NCBI GenBank assembly: GCA_000934665.2
Contig: KZ538607.1
Coordinates: forward strand, 1 to 59,295
Length of the DNA stretch: 59,295 bases
Direction of reading: 5' to 3'
Source: Catajapyx aquilonaris
Taxonomy: Eukaryota
Shown here: piece by piece, positions 13,660-25,759 of the stretch
Layout of the letters: each line of letters begins with the position of its first letter
Numbering within the stretch: the stretch's first letter is position 1
Translations under genes and position numbers: made by a program
Notes under the pieces: generated by a model
Databases searched by the model: none
Seen by the model: the letters and a program-made list of their open reading frames with translations, nothing else
What the model was told of the DNA's origin: nothing

Positions 13660-14526
13660 CAGTGAAACCTGTGTATTGCAGAATCGCATGGGAGACTTAT
13701 TTGCCAGTGAGAAGAGAGGAAAATGGTGAGGCAGGTCAACTAGCATATTACGAATCACAATTTTATTTATCCCAAACTAGCCGTGTCTGCATTTCCCAAC
13801 CAAATGCGCCATTTCCTCACCAATACATCTTCAAGGTCATGGGCCCGATTGCCAGCAATCATGAAACACATGGTGTCAGAAAGTCCACAAAAGGCTGACA
13901 CGAGGGGCCTGGAGGGATCAAGAGTGAACCTTGCAGGAGCTTACATTTTCATGTCAGTGGCTGGCAAGAGATTGTGTCAACATTTTGATTTCCGTTATGA
14001 AATGGAATTTTCTGTGAAGGGAGACAAAAATCATTTCCACATTGGGCAGTTCTGTTATATCCAGTGACGTATTACCAAATAGGCCGAGTAGGCATGTGCC
14101 TAGGGCGGCAAATTTTAGGGGGAGGCAAAATAATGCCATGGAGGCGGAAAATTTTATTGAGGAGAAAATTTTGACCCGTGCGAAAATATGTAATACATGG
14201 TGTCAGTCGCATCACCGTTCATGTGCCGCCACAAGATGAATCGCCCGATGCCCGATACCAGTATGGGCGAAAGTCGAGTGCACCCTTCCCCCCTAGGACA
14301 GTGGGGATCTGTGCAGTATCTACACGCGACTTTCGCCCGTACTGGTCTGGGCATCGGCCGATTCACCTTTGACTATGCCTAGGGGCTGCAAGAACCTAAA
14401 TACGTCACTGGTTATATCCGTCAAAAAATATACTACATGTGCTAAGTATACACCCCTTCCCAGAAAATATTCCACAATGGACAGGTTTCTGCTACACTCA
14501 GGGTCCGTTATGGACAGGTTTCACTG
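13660..14526. mobile_element. pogo/Tigger-like element (CAGTGAAACCTG termini); short related copy at 37846-38011
   Basis: CAGTGAAACCTGT...ACAGGTTTCACTG; both ends recur inverted at 37846-38011. Confidence 0.75.
14062..14410. mobile_element. hAT MITE nested in the previous element
   Basis: TIR CAGTGACGTATT; perfect 8-bp TSD GTTATATC (14054-14061 and 14411-14418). Confidence 0.9.
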
Positions 14527-15429
14527 TTCTACAAGCTAATACTTGTGATAACCACAAAAAGTAACTATGCAAGAGTGATGGTTTCATAAGCAGCAGCTTA
14601 GTAAGAAAGAAATGACAACAGCAATCAGAAAATTATTATTTAGGATCACCCTGTATTGCGTTTGTACCTGTACAGGCCAATTCCTGCAACTTGTCAAGGT
14701 GGCTTATGATTTGTTTAATATAAATTCTCAAAAGATCTGTGGTGTATTTCATGGACAATAGAGCTTTGTGTGTGGACCACATATTTGGATGTATGATTGT
14801 ATTGGATAGATTAAGATGCTCCAGCTCCTGAAATTTTGGCTGGGATCAAGTCCAATTTAAATCAAATTCCTTCTGTGTGCATCATGAAAAAGCAAGATGG
14901 AAATCTGCAGTTTCACACTAGCAGTGGTTACCTCCAATCTGAGGCACCGATTAGCTCCCATGCCATGCCTCAAGGGCACCTTCACCTTCCACTAACATCA
15001 CCTGCATCCTGCTGATTGTAACAGCTGGATGAGGTCTATGTATCTCCTTTCTGATTGGCAGATATGAATTGCAACCAAAAACATTAGCAGATAATACTAC
15101 CTTGTATCAAAAATAAGTTCCATAAATATTTGTTAAAATCCCCCCCCCCNCCCTCCCCTCCAACCAACATAGCCACATGATGGCTCAGGTCTTTGGCTCC
15201 TACTGAACACACACACCATCTCAAGTGTCACATTTTTCATATAGTGGTGTCAGATTTTGTAAGCCTACAGTATGTTGAGGCCACTCACCCCATACCATAC
15301 CATACCAGTCCCATAAGTAAGAGCTGTTTTGGTCTTTTAACATGTTGAAAGAATTTCCCCCAAGAAACCACATAGCAGCATGATTACACATACCTTTACC
15401 TAATACATAAACATAAGTGCATTGTAGAC

Positions 15430-15682
15430 AGGGCGACACGGTGGCGGAGTGGTTAGCGCCGCAGCCTTCCACCTCTAAGGTCCCGAGTTCAATCCCCGGG
15501 TCGGACGGAGGATGCTTAAGTGGATAGAGTTTCGATGGGTTCTCTCCGTGTTCGCGTGGGTTTTCTCGGGGTTCTCCCGTTTTCTCCCACTATCAAAATC
15601 CATCACAATACAGGCAAATGATTAAAGTCGGTTATTCAAAAGATGATCCCCTAAGAGGCCCATAACGGGGTATCCATTATTA
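15430..15682 (+). mobile_element. tRNA-derived SINE with V-domain-like core
   Basis: A box TGGCGGAGTGG, B box GAGTTCAATCC, core GTGTTCGCGTGGGTTTTCTCGGGGTTCTCCCGTTTTCTCCCAC; homologous to 38220-38490. Confidence 0.85.
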
Positions 15683-16299
15683 AGTGCAGTGTAGACTGAG
15701 GTACTGGCTCCAGTATGGCATCATCTTTTGTATGTCCTAGACAAACAACTTTGTCACCAAGCCATTTATTCAGTTCTGAAGATATGCTGTCCATCACTAA
15801 TATAATTTCTGCCAATTTGTTGAGATAGCAGAATAAGTGGTAATCACAAGGTGCCATATCTGGACTGTTAAGGAGTTGTGCAAATACCACATGACCGTTT
15901 TGGAGGGAGAGGGGTCTGCTGATATACCACGGTTGGTCACGGGGGAGGGNTCACATGATATCTCTGAACACTGTGAATGGGCACATATGGGAGCTTTTAC
16001 AGATGCACATGGGTTCAAAATAACCTAAAATTCGAAATCAGCGACCCCGAAAACATGGGGAGACATGTTTTTTTACGTGCTTGAACAGTTTAGTTGAGGA
16101 GCTATCATTTTCGATCGTGTTTTTTCTGATAACATTTCTGATACAAAAGAGGGGGGTGGGGGGTGGGGTGGGTTTTTATTTTAAAAAAATAATAATTCAT
16201 ACCCCGTTATCAGCCGGCAGTTCTTTAGGGGGGGAGTTCATCCCAATTTTTTTGTTTTGACTGGAACTCTTTGCTTTCATTTACTTCTCTTTTTGGGAT

Positions 16300-16480
16300 A
16301 GGATAGGGACGGAAGGAATCGGCTGTGGCCTATTATTATTTAGGAAGCAATCCCTGAATTCTCCTGGGGGGGACCGTGGGAAACCACAGAAAACCAGGGT
16401 TAGGATTGCCGGCCCTGGGACTCGAACCCAGGACCTTCCGATTAGCAGTCGAACACCTTATCCACTCCACCCAACTGCTT
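16300..16480 (-). mobile_element. Second tRNA-derived SINE family
   Basis: Minus strand GGGTGGAGTGG...GGTTCGAGTCC head, then GGTTTTCTGTGGTTTCCC...GGCCACAGCCGATTCCTTCC body. Confidence 0.75.
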
Positions 16481-16550
16481 CAGTGGGTGGGGTGGGTTCC
16501 AATGGATACCACAGTCTGTCAACTGGGGTGTGTGTGTGTGTGGGTGTTCA

Positions 16551-17259
16551 TGTCTTCAATTAGGTCTGGGGACGGAAGTTTGTGCTTTTACTGTAGCTGT
16601 GGGGACGTCTGTCCCCACAGTTCGAATTGCGGGGACATTTGTCGGTCCCCACAGTTTCACACACGCGATGTGTACTATTACAGTGGGGACATGTCTAAAT
16701 TAGTGGGGACATGTCTAAATTAGTGGGGACATGTCCCCACTATTTTCATTTGCAGGGTTTCACAAAAGTCCATTTTTCTCAGCCTAGGTTCGTTAGGTTA
16801 GATTAGGTTAGGTTAGTGTAGGTTAGTTTACACTAGCTTCGAAAAGTTGAATTTTCACGTCCCCACGCCTTAGTGAAGACAAGGCTGTGTGGGTGTGTGT
16901 GTGTGTTCGTGTCTTCAATAAGGTCTGGGGACGGAAGTTTCTGCTTTTACTGTAGCTGTGGGGACATCTGTCCCCACAGTTCGAATTGCGGGGACATTTG
17001 TCGGTCCCCACAGTCTCACACACGCGATGTGTACTATTACAGTGGGGACATTTCCATATTAGTGGGGACATGTCCCCACTATTTTCATTTGTAGGGTTTC
17101 ACAAAAGTCCATTTTTCTCAGCCTAGGTTCATTAGGGTAGGGTTGGTTAGGTAGCGTAGGTTAGGTTAGGTTAGGTTAGGTTAGGTTAGTGTAGGTTAGG
17201 TTAGTTTACACTAGCTTCGAAAAGTTGAATTTTCACGTCCCCACGCCTTAGTGAAGACA
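16551..17259. mobile_element. Head-to-tail dimer of the GGGGAC/TTAGG element (16551-16881, 16910-17259) embedded in (GT)n
   Basis: Two near-identical units, each with about 28-bp inverted ends and a TTAGG tract, separated and flanked by GT repeats. Confidence 0.88.
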
Positions 17260-18154
17260 AGGCTGTGTGTGTGTGTGTGTCAAAAAAGTGGCCTAAAATC
17301 AGTCACGTGGTATTTGCACGACCCCTAAGAGGATGCTCAAATAAGGACCACTTGAACTGTTCATGAAATGCATATCTACTGCCTGTGCAGTGCGGCAGAG
17401 CTTTAAAGTCATAAAAGTTATTTGAAGAAGGCATGTAAAAGATAGTGCCATACCACGAGCACGACCAATGCCAGTCCATGTGGGAATTATGTGCAGCAAT
17501 AGCTAAAGACCTGAGCCATTTCCCGCCCCCATGGTATCTCCACCTTATCGTGGTGGTGGGATTTGCGTTTCTCCCGTGACCGCAAGAGCTATGCCGGCGG
17601 TAGCTTCGTCTAGTGGTAGGGCCACCCAAACCGGACAGGTCTTTGGGATAGGAGACAGACTAAGAGAGATACCAGTCTTTTCCTCTCTTCTTTTGCCCTC
17701 TTTGTTTCTCTCTCCATCAGTCCCACCTTTGCGTCTTCTTACAGCCAGATAGCCATAGTTGCTTTGGCCTCTTCCTAATAAACCTAAACCTAAACCTGAG
17801 CCATCATGCAGCTATGTTGGCTTTCATAGAACATTCTTTAAAACATTTTCATGAATAAACAGAACTTACTGAGATGAAGTAATAGTTTTGACAGACCATA
17901 AAGTAACTATTCAAAAGTAATTGCTTAATATAATCAAATTAGTGGGGAAAAACTAACCAGTACAGACACTTCAACATTCTGTATATACATATCATCTCTT
18001 TTTTGCCAAATAATACAGTACTAACCAAATTTGAAAATTCACAGTGGTTGTGTAAATACTGCCAGATGTTCCTCAAATCAGTTGCTTGGTCACTGACAAT
18101 ATTGAAAAGCTTGTGGTCCAAACCTTCCTGATTAATCAGTCTCATTCACAGAGC

Positions 18155-18580
18155 TCAGTCAATGTTATCATCCAGTTCTTCCAAGGGAACCTGAATGCCC
18201 TCATCACCCACGGTAGAGGACAAACCAATGTGATCTGACATCTCTGGCAATAGCTCCTCTTCCTCACTCGGTGAAAAGTCAAAGCTGTTTACATGGTCAT
18301 TAATTCCTTCATTTTCCACATCATCTTGCTCCTCTTCTAACTGCTCCTCATCTTCCAGAGGAATTCTGTCCAATTGTCGCATCTCAATGTTCACGTTAAT
18401 CTCCAGCTGCATATGAACATCAAAGACCATAAAGCCTACCATAACAATGAGAGGCAATCGAAGACGTGATTCCCAAGCCAACTTGAAGAGGTAGGACAGC
18501 CCTGAACGGAACACCTCACTGTCCAGTCCAAGCACACTAGAAATACCAGGCACACTATCCACTGGTAACGAATCACTCAT
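18155..18580 (-). CDS. Uncharacterised 141-aa protein with a hydrophobic segment (LRLPLIVMVGFMVFDV) and an acidic C-terminal tail
   Basis: ATG in GCCATGA context at 18580; natural-looking composition; not inside any visible repeat; upstream acceptor AATTCAG at 18751. Confidence 0.7.
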   Translation of the reverse strand: MSDSLPVDSVPGISSVLGLDSEVFRSGLSYLFKLAWESRLRLPLIVMVGFMVFDVHMQLEINVNIEMRQLDRIPLEDEEQLEEEQDDVENEGINDHVNSFDFSPSEEEELLPEMSDHIGLSSTVGDEGIQVPLEELDDNID

Positions 18581-18848
18581 GGCAGAAGGTGGCAATGAAA
18601 CCTCTTCCAGGATGGACCGGGTTGGACTGAAAGTGAAGATTCAATTCATAGATGATGCAGTGAAATACGTTTGGTACAAGGCAATGCATAAACTGTCCTG
18701 TAATGCAGATACCGCTCCAAAACTTTCTTCAAGGCAGCAATTAACCTTCTCTGAATTTGTAATATCAATAATAACATACCGTGACTGTTAAATTGGTATG
18801 AAGCAAATTTTCACCATTTGGACTGCCATGAAATTGACAGGATTAATA

Positions 18849-19018
18849 CAGGGTGTTCCAAGTTCGTGGGGTCTTTTAGTTATAAGAAATTTCACTCGAA
18901 GCTGTTATTTTTTTGTAGCTTGTTGTGCCCTGGGGCACCTGGATTGGGGCACAAAAAATACCTACTTTGGGCGATATCATTGATAACTAAAAACTACCTA
19001 CAAACTTGGAACACCCTG
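18849..19018. mobile_element. Tc1/mariner MITE
   Basis: TA|CAGGGTGTTCCAAGT...ACTTGGAACACCCTG|TA; partial relative at about 29555. Confidence 0.85.
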
Positions 19019-19101
19019 TATAGTAGGTCCTCTTACACTATATTGGGGAAAAAAGGGAAAGGATTAACCTTGAAGCTCATGGTAAACTATTACTGAATTA
19101 C

Positions 19102-19222
19102 CTGCCATAGACCAACATACCAGTATGTAATTGGGCCGACCACGGGACAGGTACACTTTGGGGGATACGGCCAACCAATATAAAGTGGAGTAATTTTTGC
19201 GATTCTCTCCTTCCCTTTACAA
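19102..19222 (-). other. Candidate upstream exon of the 18.2-26 kb unit
   Basis: ACCAG acceptor and CAG|GTAATT donor; unique sequence bracketed by two TEs. Confidence 0.45.
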
Positions 19223-19300
19223 CTGGTATTCCCAATAAAATAAATGCAAATACTTTTAAATCTTTAACATATTTTATGTGGATACCAATATAAGGCTTAA

Positions 19301-20083
19301 GGGCGCCGGATACCTGCACGATTTTTCAGAATCGCGGGCCATAGAGCCACTGACGGAGTTTTGATCCATTAGAATCATAATTACAAGATCTACAGGGGGA
19401 AGAGTTTTTGAGAAGCGGCTTACAACATCTTGGCTCCAGATTCGGATTTGGGAAATATCTCGAAGGTCAGCAATGGAAAAAGTTGTCCTCTCTTACTCCT
19501 CCAAAGCGTAATTAATTTGGGCTATTGGTTTTTGCACAGCTATTAAAACGGTTTCATCACCTCGCCTCGCAAAATCGCCGGAGAACTTTTGAACGTATTG
19601 GTTCCCTGTCCAGGTTGCCAGGGAACCGGTTCAGGCTATATAATTAAAAAAGCGCGTTGGTAACAGGGAACCAACCGTTCTATTTCAGAAGTACTCCCTC
19701 CGATTTTACGAGGTGAGGTGGTGAAACAGTTTTAATAGCTGGGCAAAAACCAATAGCCCAAATTAATCGTGCTTTGGAGGAGTAAGAGAGGGCAACTTTT
19801 GCCATTGCTGACCGTCGAGCTATTTCCCAAATTCGAATCCGGAGCCAAGATGTCGCAAGCCGTTTTTCAAAAACTCTTCCCATTGTAGATCTCGCAATAA
19901 TTATTCCAATGGATCGAAAGTTCCGTCGGCGGCTCAATTGGCCCTTCCTCGCCATGCTGTGAAAATTTCAGGTCCGTACCTCCAGCGAGACGCCAGCATT
20001 GGCAGGGCAAAGAGAATGCTGCACCCGTGACTTGGTCAAACTTGTCCGGCGATTCTGAAAAATCGCATAGGTATCCGGCGCCA
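19301..20083. mobile_element. TTAA-flanked palindromic element (Kolobok-like by purine-starting termini); half copy at 47574 to about 48010
   Basis: TTAA|GGGCGCCGGATACCT...AGGTATCCGGCGCCA|TTAA; arms of about 330 bp. Confidence 0.8.
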
Positions 20084-20486
20084 TTAAGAAATAAATTCAC
20101 AGCCCCAGTAATATATTTTCCTCTGCTGTGTATTACTTACTGGAACATTAACAGTACATATTTTATTGCATAGGTCTACATCATGAGGTTCTCCAAACTC
20201 AAGGCAGTTACAGTATGTGTCTCTCAAATGAATCTCCTACTGGTGCATCGACAACAACAAAAATTTTCTGTAGCTAGGGGCTGTCCGTACGTTAATTTGA
20301 AGGGCAGGAGGTCAGTTGACGTCAGGCCAGGAAAAAAAGGTCTGGCTATAAGGACAGTCCAAAGTGACTTGAAACTATCTACAGCATCTCCTCAGAATCT
20401 CCCCCTCTCCTCCATGCCCATGGACCAAGGTGTTGCAGCAGAACAAGCTCCTCTGGACACTGAATGAAGGGGTCTCAGGAGGTTAA

Positions 20487-20608
20487 CCTCCTGAGACCCC
20501 TGGTACAGTATACTGTACCTTTGCTTTTTTTTTTTTACGCGTTTGAGTTAGTCAGAAGGTGCTGGAAAAAACAAAGGTACAGTATACTGTACCAGGGGTC
20601 TCGGGAGG
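20487..20608. mobile_element. piggyBac-like mini-MITE
   Basis: TTAA|CCTCCTGAGACCCCTGGTACAGTATACTGTACC...|TTAA; empty-site paralogue at about 22270. Confidence 0.85.
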
Positions 20609-20808
20609 TTAAAATAAAGGTCTGTGCTATACCTCCGAGGTCTGCACTACCCAATATTATTATATGATTATTATATTATAACATGCAAAATGAATACTTT
20701 ATTGTTATAGAAAATGTTGAATTATCATCACCTGCGATCTTTTTTCTATCATTTGAGACATGTTAGCGCTATGTAATCGTAATGCAATTGAATTAAGTTG
20801 AGACTTTA

Positions 20809-21150
20809 AGCTGCGTTTACATGTGGGGGATGTGATCAGCTATGGCATCACCCGTGAGTTGTAGCAGTTCTGAAGTCATGACGCAAGTGATAGTGCTTAT
20901 ACATCGCCCATGTGTTTACATGCCGGGGATATGCATCACCAAGGCATGCTAACAGTACAGTACAGGACAGCAACTGTACTGTTGGCATGCCGTGGCGATG
21001 TCATCACCATCGTCTTTTTCAAACAGGCCTGACTGATGCCCTCCCTTCATAAAGGCGATTGCTACTTTTGGCCCAAATCACTGCTTTGATTTGGATTTCA
21101 TGGCTCAGTGATGACATCACCGATCAAATCGGCCACATGTAAACACAGCT
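20809..21150. mobile_element. PIF/Harbinger MITE
   Basis: TTA TSD; TIR AGCTG(C/T)GTTTACATGTGG. Confidence 0.8.
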
Positions 21151-21163
21151 TTACACCCTGTAT

Positions 21164-21789
21164 CACGGACTAGATATCTAAGGACTGGCCACTCTCCCTC
21201 TAATCGCGTTGGGAGGTTAACTGGGGTGGTTATGCACTTCGGAGCCACAGGTGGCGCTGATCAGGGCCCAGATAATATATACTCTATGGCCCATACATGT
21301 GGTGCTCCTACTGGGGCCCTACGCAATGAGGTAGAAGAGAATCAGTGAGAGAAGCCAGTTTTGAATACGGCCCCGGTAGGAGCGCTACAGGTATGGGCCA
21401 TAGAGTATATATAATCTGGGCCTGTATATGATGGGCATTGTCCCATGAGCTTGCTTTCACTTCCTACATACTGGAGTGAGTTTCCCAAATTGGGGTGAGA
21501 TGATAATGGAGGTTTTGCAGCGTATAAGTATCATAATCTTGTCTCCTCCCCAAACACTTTCCTTTCTACCTAATGCGTGATGTACAAATGTAAGAGTAAG
21601 AATGTAAGGACGAGAGTCCCCCTTGGAAGGGCCACGGCCCACAGGGTAAACAAATAAATAAATAAACAATAAATATATAATCTGGGCCATGATCAGAGCC
21701 ACCTGTGACTCCGGAGCACATAACCACCCTGTTAGCCTCCCAACGCGATTAGAGGGGGAGTGACCAGTGCTTATTATTACTACTCCGTG
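21164..21789. mobile_element. P- or hAT-type MITE with about 110-bp TIRs
   Basis: CACGGA...TCCGTG termini; perfect 8-bp TSD CCCTGTAT; extra internal inverted repeat about 21263-21422. Confidence 0.85.
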
Positions 21790-22321
21790 CCCTGTATCAA
21801 CAAGCTACTCCCCCCCCNCCCCCCCCCCCCCCCCCAATTGGCCTGGCAAAACCTGCCAGAAACTACAGTAGTAGGAAAAATCTACTTTATTTGGGTGAAA
21901 TTCAATCGTCAATGTTCAATAGTTAATTAATTATAAATGATCCCTATGGGGAGCCTTGGGAGCCAGTTTGCAAGTATGGAATGCCATAAGTCGGGCCGTT
22001 TATAAACCGTGCACTTCCTGTGCTTTGAGCATTAATTTGAAATTTGGAATAATTCAGGAAATTCATTGCTAATCAATAGGAATGCTAAAGGGGAAAAAAA
22101 TTCTCCAGAAACATCAGTGGTTTTCACAAATTGAGTTTCTCCAGAGCAACATGCCTGCTTCCAAACAATCTACAGCATCTCCCCACATCTCCCCCATGCC
22201 TCCACGCCCATGGACCAAGGTGTTGCAGCAGAAAAAGATCCTCTGGACACTGAATGAATGCATTAAATTATTAAAATAAAGGTCTGTGCTATACCTCAGA
22301 GATGTCTGCACTACCCAATAA

Positions 22322-22430
22322 ACTAAACTCTGCCGCAGCGAAACAAAAGAGTAACAATAAAATAACAATAAGTAATATTGTTATTTTATTGTTACTCTTT
22401 TGTTTCGCTGCGGCAGTGGCAGAGTTTAGT
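22322..22430. repeat. Near-perfect short palindrome (about 50-bp arms)
   Basis: ACTAAACTCTGCCGCAGCGAAACAAAAGAGTAACAATAAAATAACAATA and its reverse complement. Confidence 0.85.
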
Positions 22431-22521
22431 AACATACTCATAGCTGGTCCCTTTTTGCAAAAATATTGTAAAAGTGATACATCTAAGCTGCACGTTTCAC
22501 ACCTTATACATAGTTACTTAC

Positions 22522-22644
22522 ATGCAGGCCAGTTTCTGAATCAGGTATTCCATAAAGTAATAATAATGCTCGGGCCCAGTACACTTGGTCACTGAAGAGT
22601 TGTTGGTTTATAAACCCCTTGTCTTCCTGTCTAATGGCTGTTCT
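22522..22644 (-). other. Candidate upstream exon of the 18.2-26 kb unit
   Basis: Strong acceptor ATTTTCATTGCAG and consensus donor GTAAGT; 123 nt; one frame open. Confidence 0.55.
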
Positions 22645-23037
22645 CTGCAATGAAAATGATAATGAATCATAATAAATCCAGCTATTCCTATTGTGTGAAT
22701 GACCAAAATGTTAAAATATTGCACGATTTGAATAGCGCTAGGGGCTTCAAAAAGGTGCCCCATACAAGTTGCACATTCTTTGCGCCTAGCCCAGACCTCT
22801 CAGCATAGTGCCAACAGCCTGCAGGAAACCTGCTTAAATATTGTCACTGGTCAAGCCATGAAATATTTCTGCCTACAATTTTGGTGTCAGCAAAAGCTTG
22901 GAATGTAATACAAAAGCTTGGAATGTAATACAAAACCTTTCACATTTGCATGCTGACCAGTTCCTCATGGACGCTATAGTCAACAGATGTCATAGAATGC
23001 ACTTGACACTGTTTGTTTACTCACAAGGGAAGTGTAA

Positions 23038-24572
23038 GGTCCGGTTCACACGTGACCACTTTTAGTGGTAGACGCTAGCCACAGCAACTGGCCACCGTTG
23101 CTTATACACATGATTAAATGGGAGCTTTCACACGTGGCCACTGCAGTGGCGAGGGTAGGCGTTTGTGGGCTCGGAGTGGCTTGGAAGTTGCTTGACCGCG
23201 CGATTGAGTGGCAGGCCCGAGCATCTTTGCTCCTACAAGTGCTCAAGGCCAGGCACCACTCGGTAGTGGACCATTGGTTTGCATTGGTGCATTCACATGG
23301 AGCCACAGCCACAGGCCGCTCACGCCCACAGGCCCAGTCATATGTCCACGTTACAGGGTCATCGAAAAAGAATGTCCCATTTTTAAAACCCTATAACTCG
23401 AAAACTTGTAGAGATATCTTAATGATTTAAGTTTTGAAATGTTAAGAAATGACTAAGGTTCTGGTCTTACCATAGTTTGTTTCGATATGAGCTCCATTTG
23501 TAGCTCAAAAAATGTAAATATGGTAACCGGTGTCCTACCTAACCCACTCAGGCATGTCTGGCATTACCGCTGAAATATTTTCTCGTAGGTGATGGTGGTG
23601 CCGAATCTTGTCACCATACATGTATCTCCACAAAAAAGTCCATCTGGGGAAAATCTGGGCTTCTGGAGGGGCTAGGCATGGAGAAACTTCTCATACAAGA
23701 CTTCTCACACTGGGAAGCTGAACAAATAAAAATTTTCTACGGCAGGTTTATTTCATGGATGAGGTGACTTTTTTTATTTGAATCATCAAGAACAATGTCT
23801 GTGGTGTAAATATCAGATATATCCAGCACCTACGGGATAAGATTGCAACAGTAACTCCAGATGTGATTGATAGGGTTTGTCCCGACACCTAATACAGGCT
23901 TTTAAATCTGCATAGCGATAAATGAAGCTCTCATCGAAAAAAAACTAACCTGAAACCAAAACTGTAGACCTTTCTTAACATTTCAAAACTTAAATCATTC
24001 AGACATGCCTGCAAGTTTTTCGAGTTATAGGGTTTTTTAAATTGGACATTCTATTTCAATGACCCTGTATTTCATGCCGCGAGGAAAGGGCAGTTTACCA
24101 CCTTGGATTGTGCAATTAGTGAAGGAAATTAATATCGAAGACTTTATATCTGACGTTGAGGTCTATGCGCCTAGCCCGATATTTGGGACGCATCAGTTGC
24201 CGAAAATACCGGGGGGAAAAAACCTTTCATTGCCTCAGATCTTGGAATAGTATATGGTACAGTCCTTTCGACGACGACCTTTCCAGGCAAGGATGAACAT
24301 GAATTTTCCTGTTTTGCCTGCACTTTTTATTCCTTGTCAATAGAAGGAGTAGCAATAATGCATTTGCTACTGGTTGCCATACTGAATCTGGCCCACCTGC
24401 TGTGGCGAGCGTCTGCCCCAGTGCAGTGGGCGATTCGAGCGCTTGCAGTGCCGGAAGCCAGCGACTGCAGTAGGCTGTGGCGCGCGACTGAAGTGGCCAC
24501 GTGTGAACCGGCCCGAGCGACTGCAGTGGTCAGTTGCGGCGCGCGACTAAAGTGGCTACGCGTGAACAGGCC
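23038..24572 (-). mobile_element. Deleted PIF/Harbinger transposon with transposase N-terminal relic
   Basis: TAA TSD; TIR GG..GTTCAC; minus-strand 'RKIHVHPCLERSSSKGLYHILFQDLR...YFRQL' (about 24190-24330) resembles the Harbinger transposase N-terminus. Confidence 0.8.
23354..24067 (-). mobile_element. Tc1/mariner deletion derivative nested in the Harbinger element
   Basis: TA|CAGGGTCAT...ATGACCCTG|TA, about 100-bp TIRs; relic 'PSRSPDFPQMDFF' resembles WPPRSPDLxPxDFF. Confidence 0.85.
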
Positions 24573-24618
24573 TAAGTGTTGATAATGGAGTTGCTGAATG
24601 AAACTTGGCACAATAATA

Positions 24619-25302
24619 GAGGCCGGTTAGTTATTAAAGAAAATGCAAACAATTTAGGCAGAACCATACAAGGTCAAAAGTTCTGCGCTCTCGAACTCAC
24701 AAGGGACACTTTCCAAGGTCTTACCGATTTTCTTGAAATCCGGTACATTGGTAGCCCACCCCAAAGGATGAAAAACCCACCTAGAGTGACCTGCTCAAAA
24801 TGACCCGGTGAGCCCCGGGGGGGGGGGGGGGGGGGGGNNNNNNNNNNNNNNNNNNNNNNNNNNNNNNNNNNNNNNNNNNNNNNNNNNNNNNNNNNNNNNN
24901 NNNNNNNNNNNNNNNNNNNNNNNNNNNNNNNNNNNNNNNNNNNNNNNNNNNNNNNNNNNNNNNNNNNNNNNNNNNNNNNNNNNNNNNNNNNNNNNNNNNN
25001 NNNNNNNNNNNNNNNNNNNNNNNNNNNNNNNNNNNNNNNNNNNNNNNNNNNNACCCCCCCCCCCCCCTACAAATTTCCTGGCTACGCCGCTGGGTAGCCC
25101 CCAAAAAGGGGTCAGCGGGTCATTTTGAGCAAGTCACTTTAGGTGGGTTTTTCATCCCTTCGGGTGGTACCAATGTACCGAATTTCAAGAAAATCTGCAA
25201 GACCTTGGAAAGTGTCCCTTGTGAGTTCGAAAGGTCATAACTTTTGACCTTGTATGGTTCTGACTAAATTTTTTGCATTTTGTTTAATAACTAACCTGCC
25301 TC
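24619..25302. mobile_element. MITE with about 190-bp TIRs spanning the assembly gap
   Basis: GAGGCCGGTTAGTTATTAAA...TTTAATAACTAACCTGCCTC. Confidence 0.8.
24838..25052. other. Assembly gap (215 N) between poly-G and poly-C runs
   Basis: Run of N. Confidence 1.
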
Positions 25303-25331
25303 TATTATTCTATCAACAGTTCAACACTTAC

Positions 25332-25438
25332 ACGTCCCTTGTCAGATTGTTGAGTGAGGGCATCTCCATGGAAACGTGAAAAGTAGGAAGTTCCAGAAGT
25401 GCATTATAGGATGTCCATTGACTATATCAAATTGAAAT
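25332..25438 (-). other. Candidate upstream exon of the 18.2-26 kb unit
   Basis: TCTCAG acceptor, GTAAGT donor; contains short ATG-initiated ORFs. Confidence 0.4.
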
Positions 25439-25659
25439 CTGAGATTACATAAGTTACTTCGGTCACTCTGAAACACAAGAACCCTGGTACCATCAGAACT
25501 TTTGCAAAGCATCATTATCAACTGCTGCAATAAGCAATGCTTTCACTGGAAGAAAAAATCCATACACTCACATTTTAACGTATTATTTGGTGAGGTATGA
25601 TGTATGAGTATGGAATTTTTTCAATAAAAACATGTTGATTGCATCAATTCATACTTTAC

Positions 25660-25759
25660 CTACACATCTTTCTATGTTCCACCCTTGACTGTAGAATGAG
25701 CATTCGGCATGGCATTGTTTTCTACAACTCCAACGCCAAGTAGGGTAGGCAGGGGTGAG
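25660..25759 (-). other. Candidate upstream exon of the 18.2-26 kb unit
   Basis: CTTGTAG acceptor, AG|GTAAAG donor; 58-nt intron to the next upstream donor at 25817. Confidence 0.5.

Larger units (their letters stand above)
15872..17325. mobile_element. PIF/Harbinger-type MITE carrying nested insertions
   Basis: TAA TSD (15869-15871, 17326-17328); imperfect TIR GG(A/G)GT(T/C)GTGCAAATACCAC(A/G)TGAC; related end at about 54375-54420. Confidence 0.75.
15690..17510 (-). pseudogene. Mariner transposase relic split by a Harbinger-type insertion
   Basis: Removing 15872-17325 and one TAA restores FKWSLFEHPLNSPDMAPCDYHLF. Confidence 0.75.

Noticed and set aside
15430..15505. tRNA gene (also 16410-16480 and 38420-38490)
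   Set aside because: A/B boxes are present, but they continue into shared SINE bodies with no clean cloverleaf end or poly-T terminator
24781..25128. ORFs across the N-run
   Set aside because: Assembly-gap artefacts
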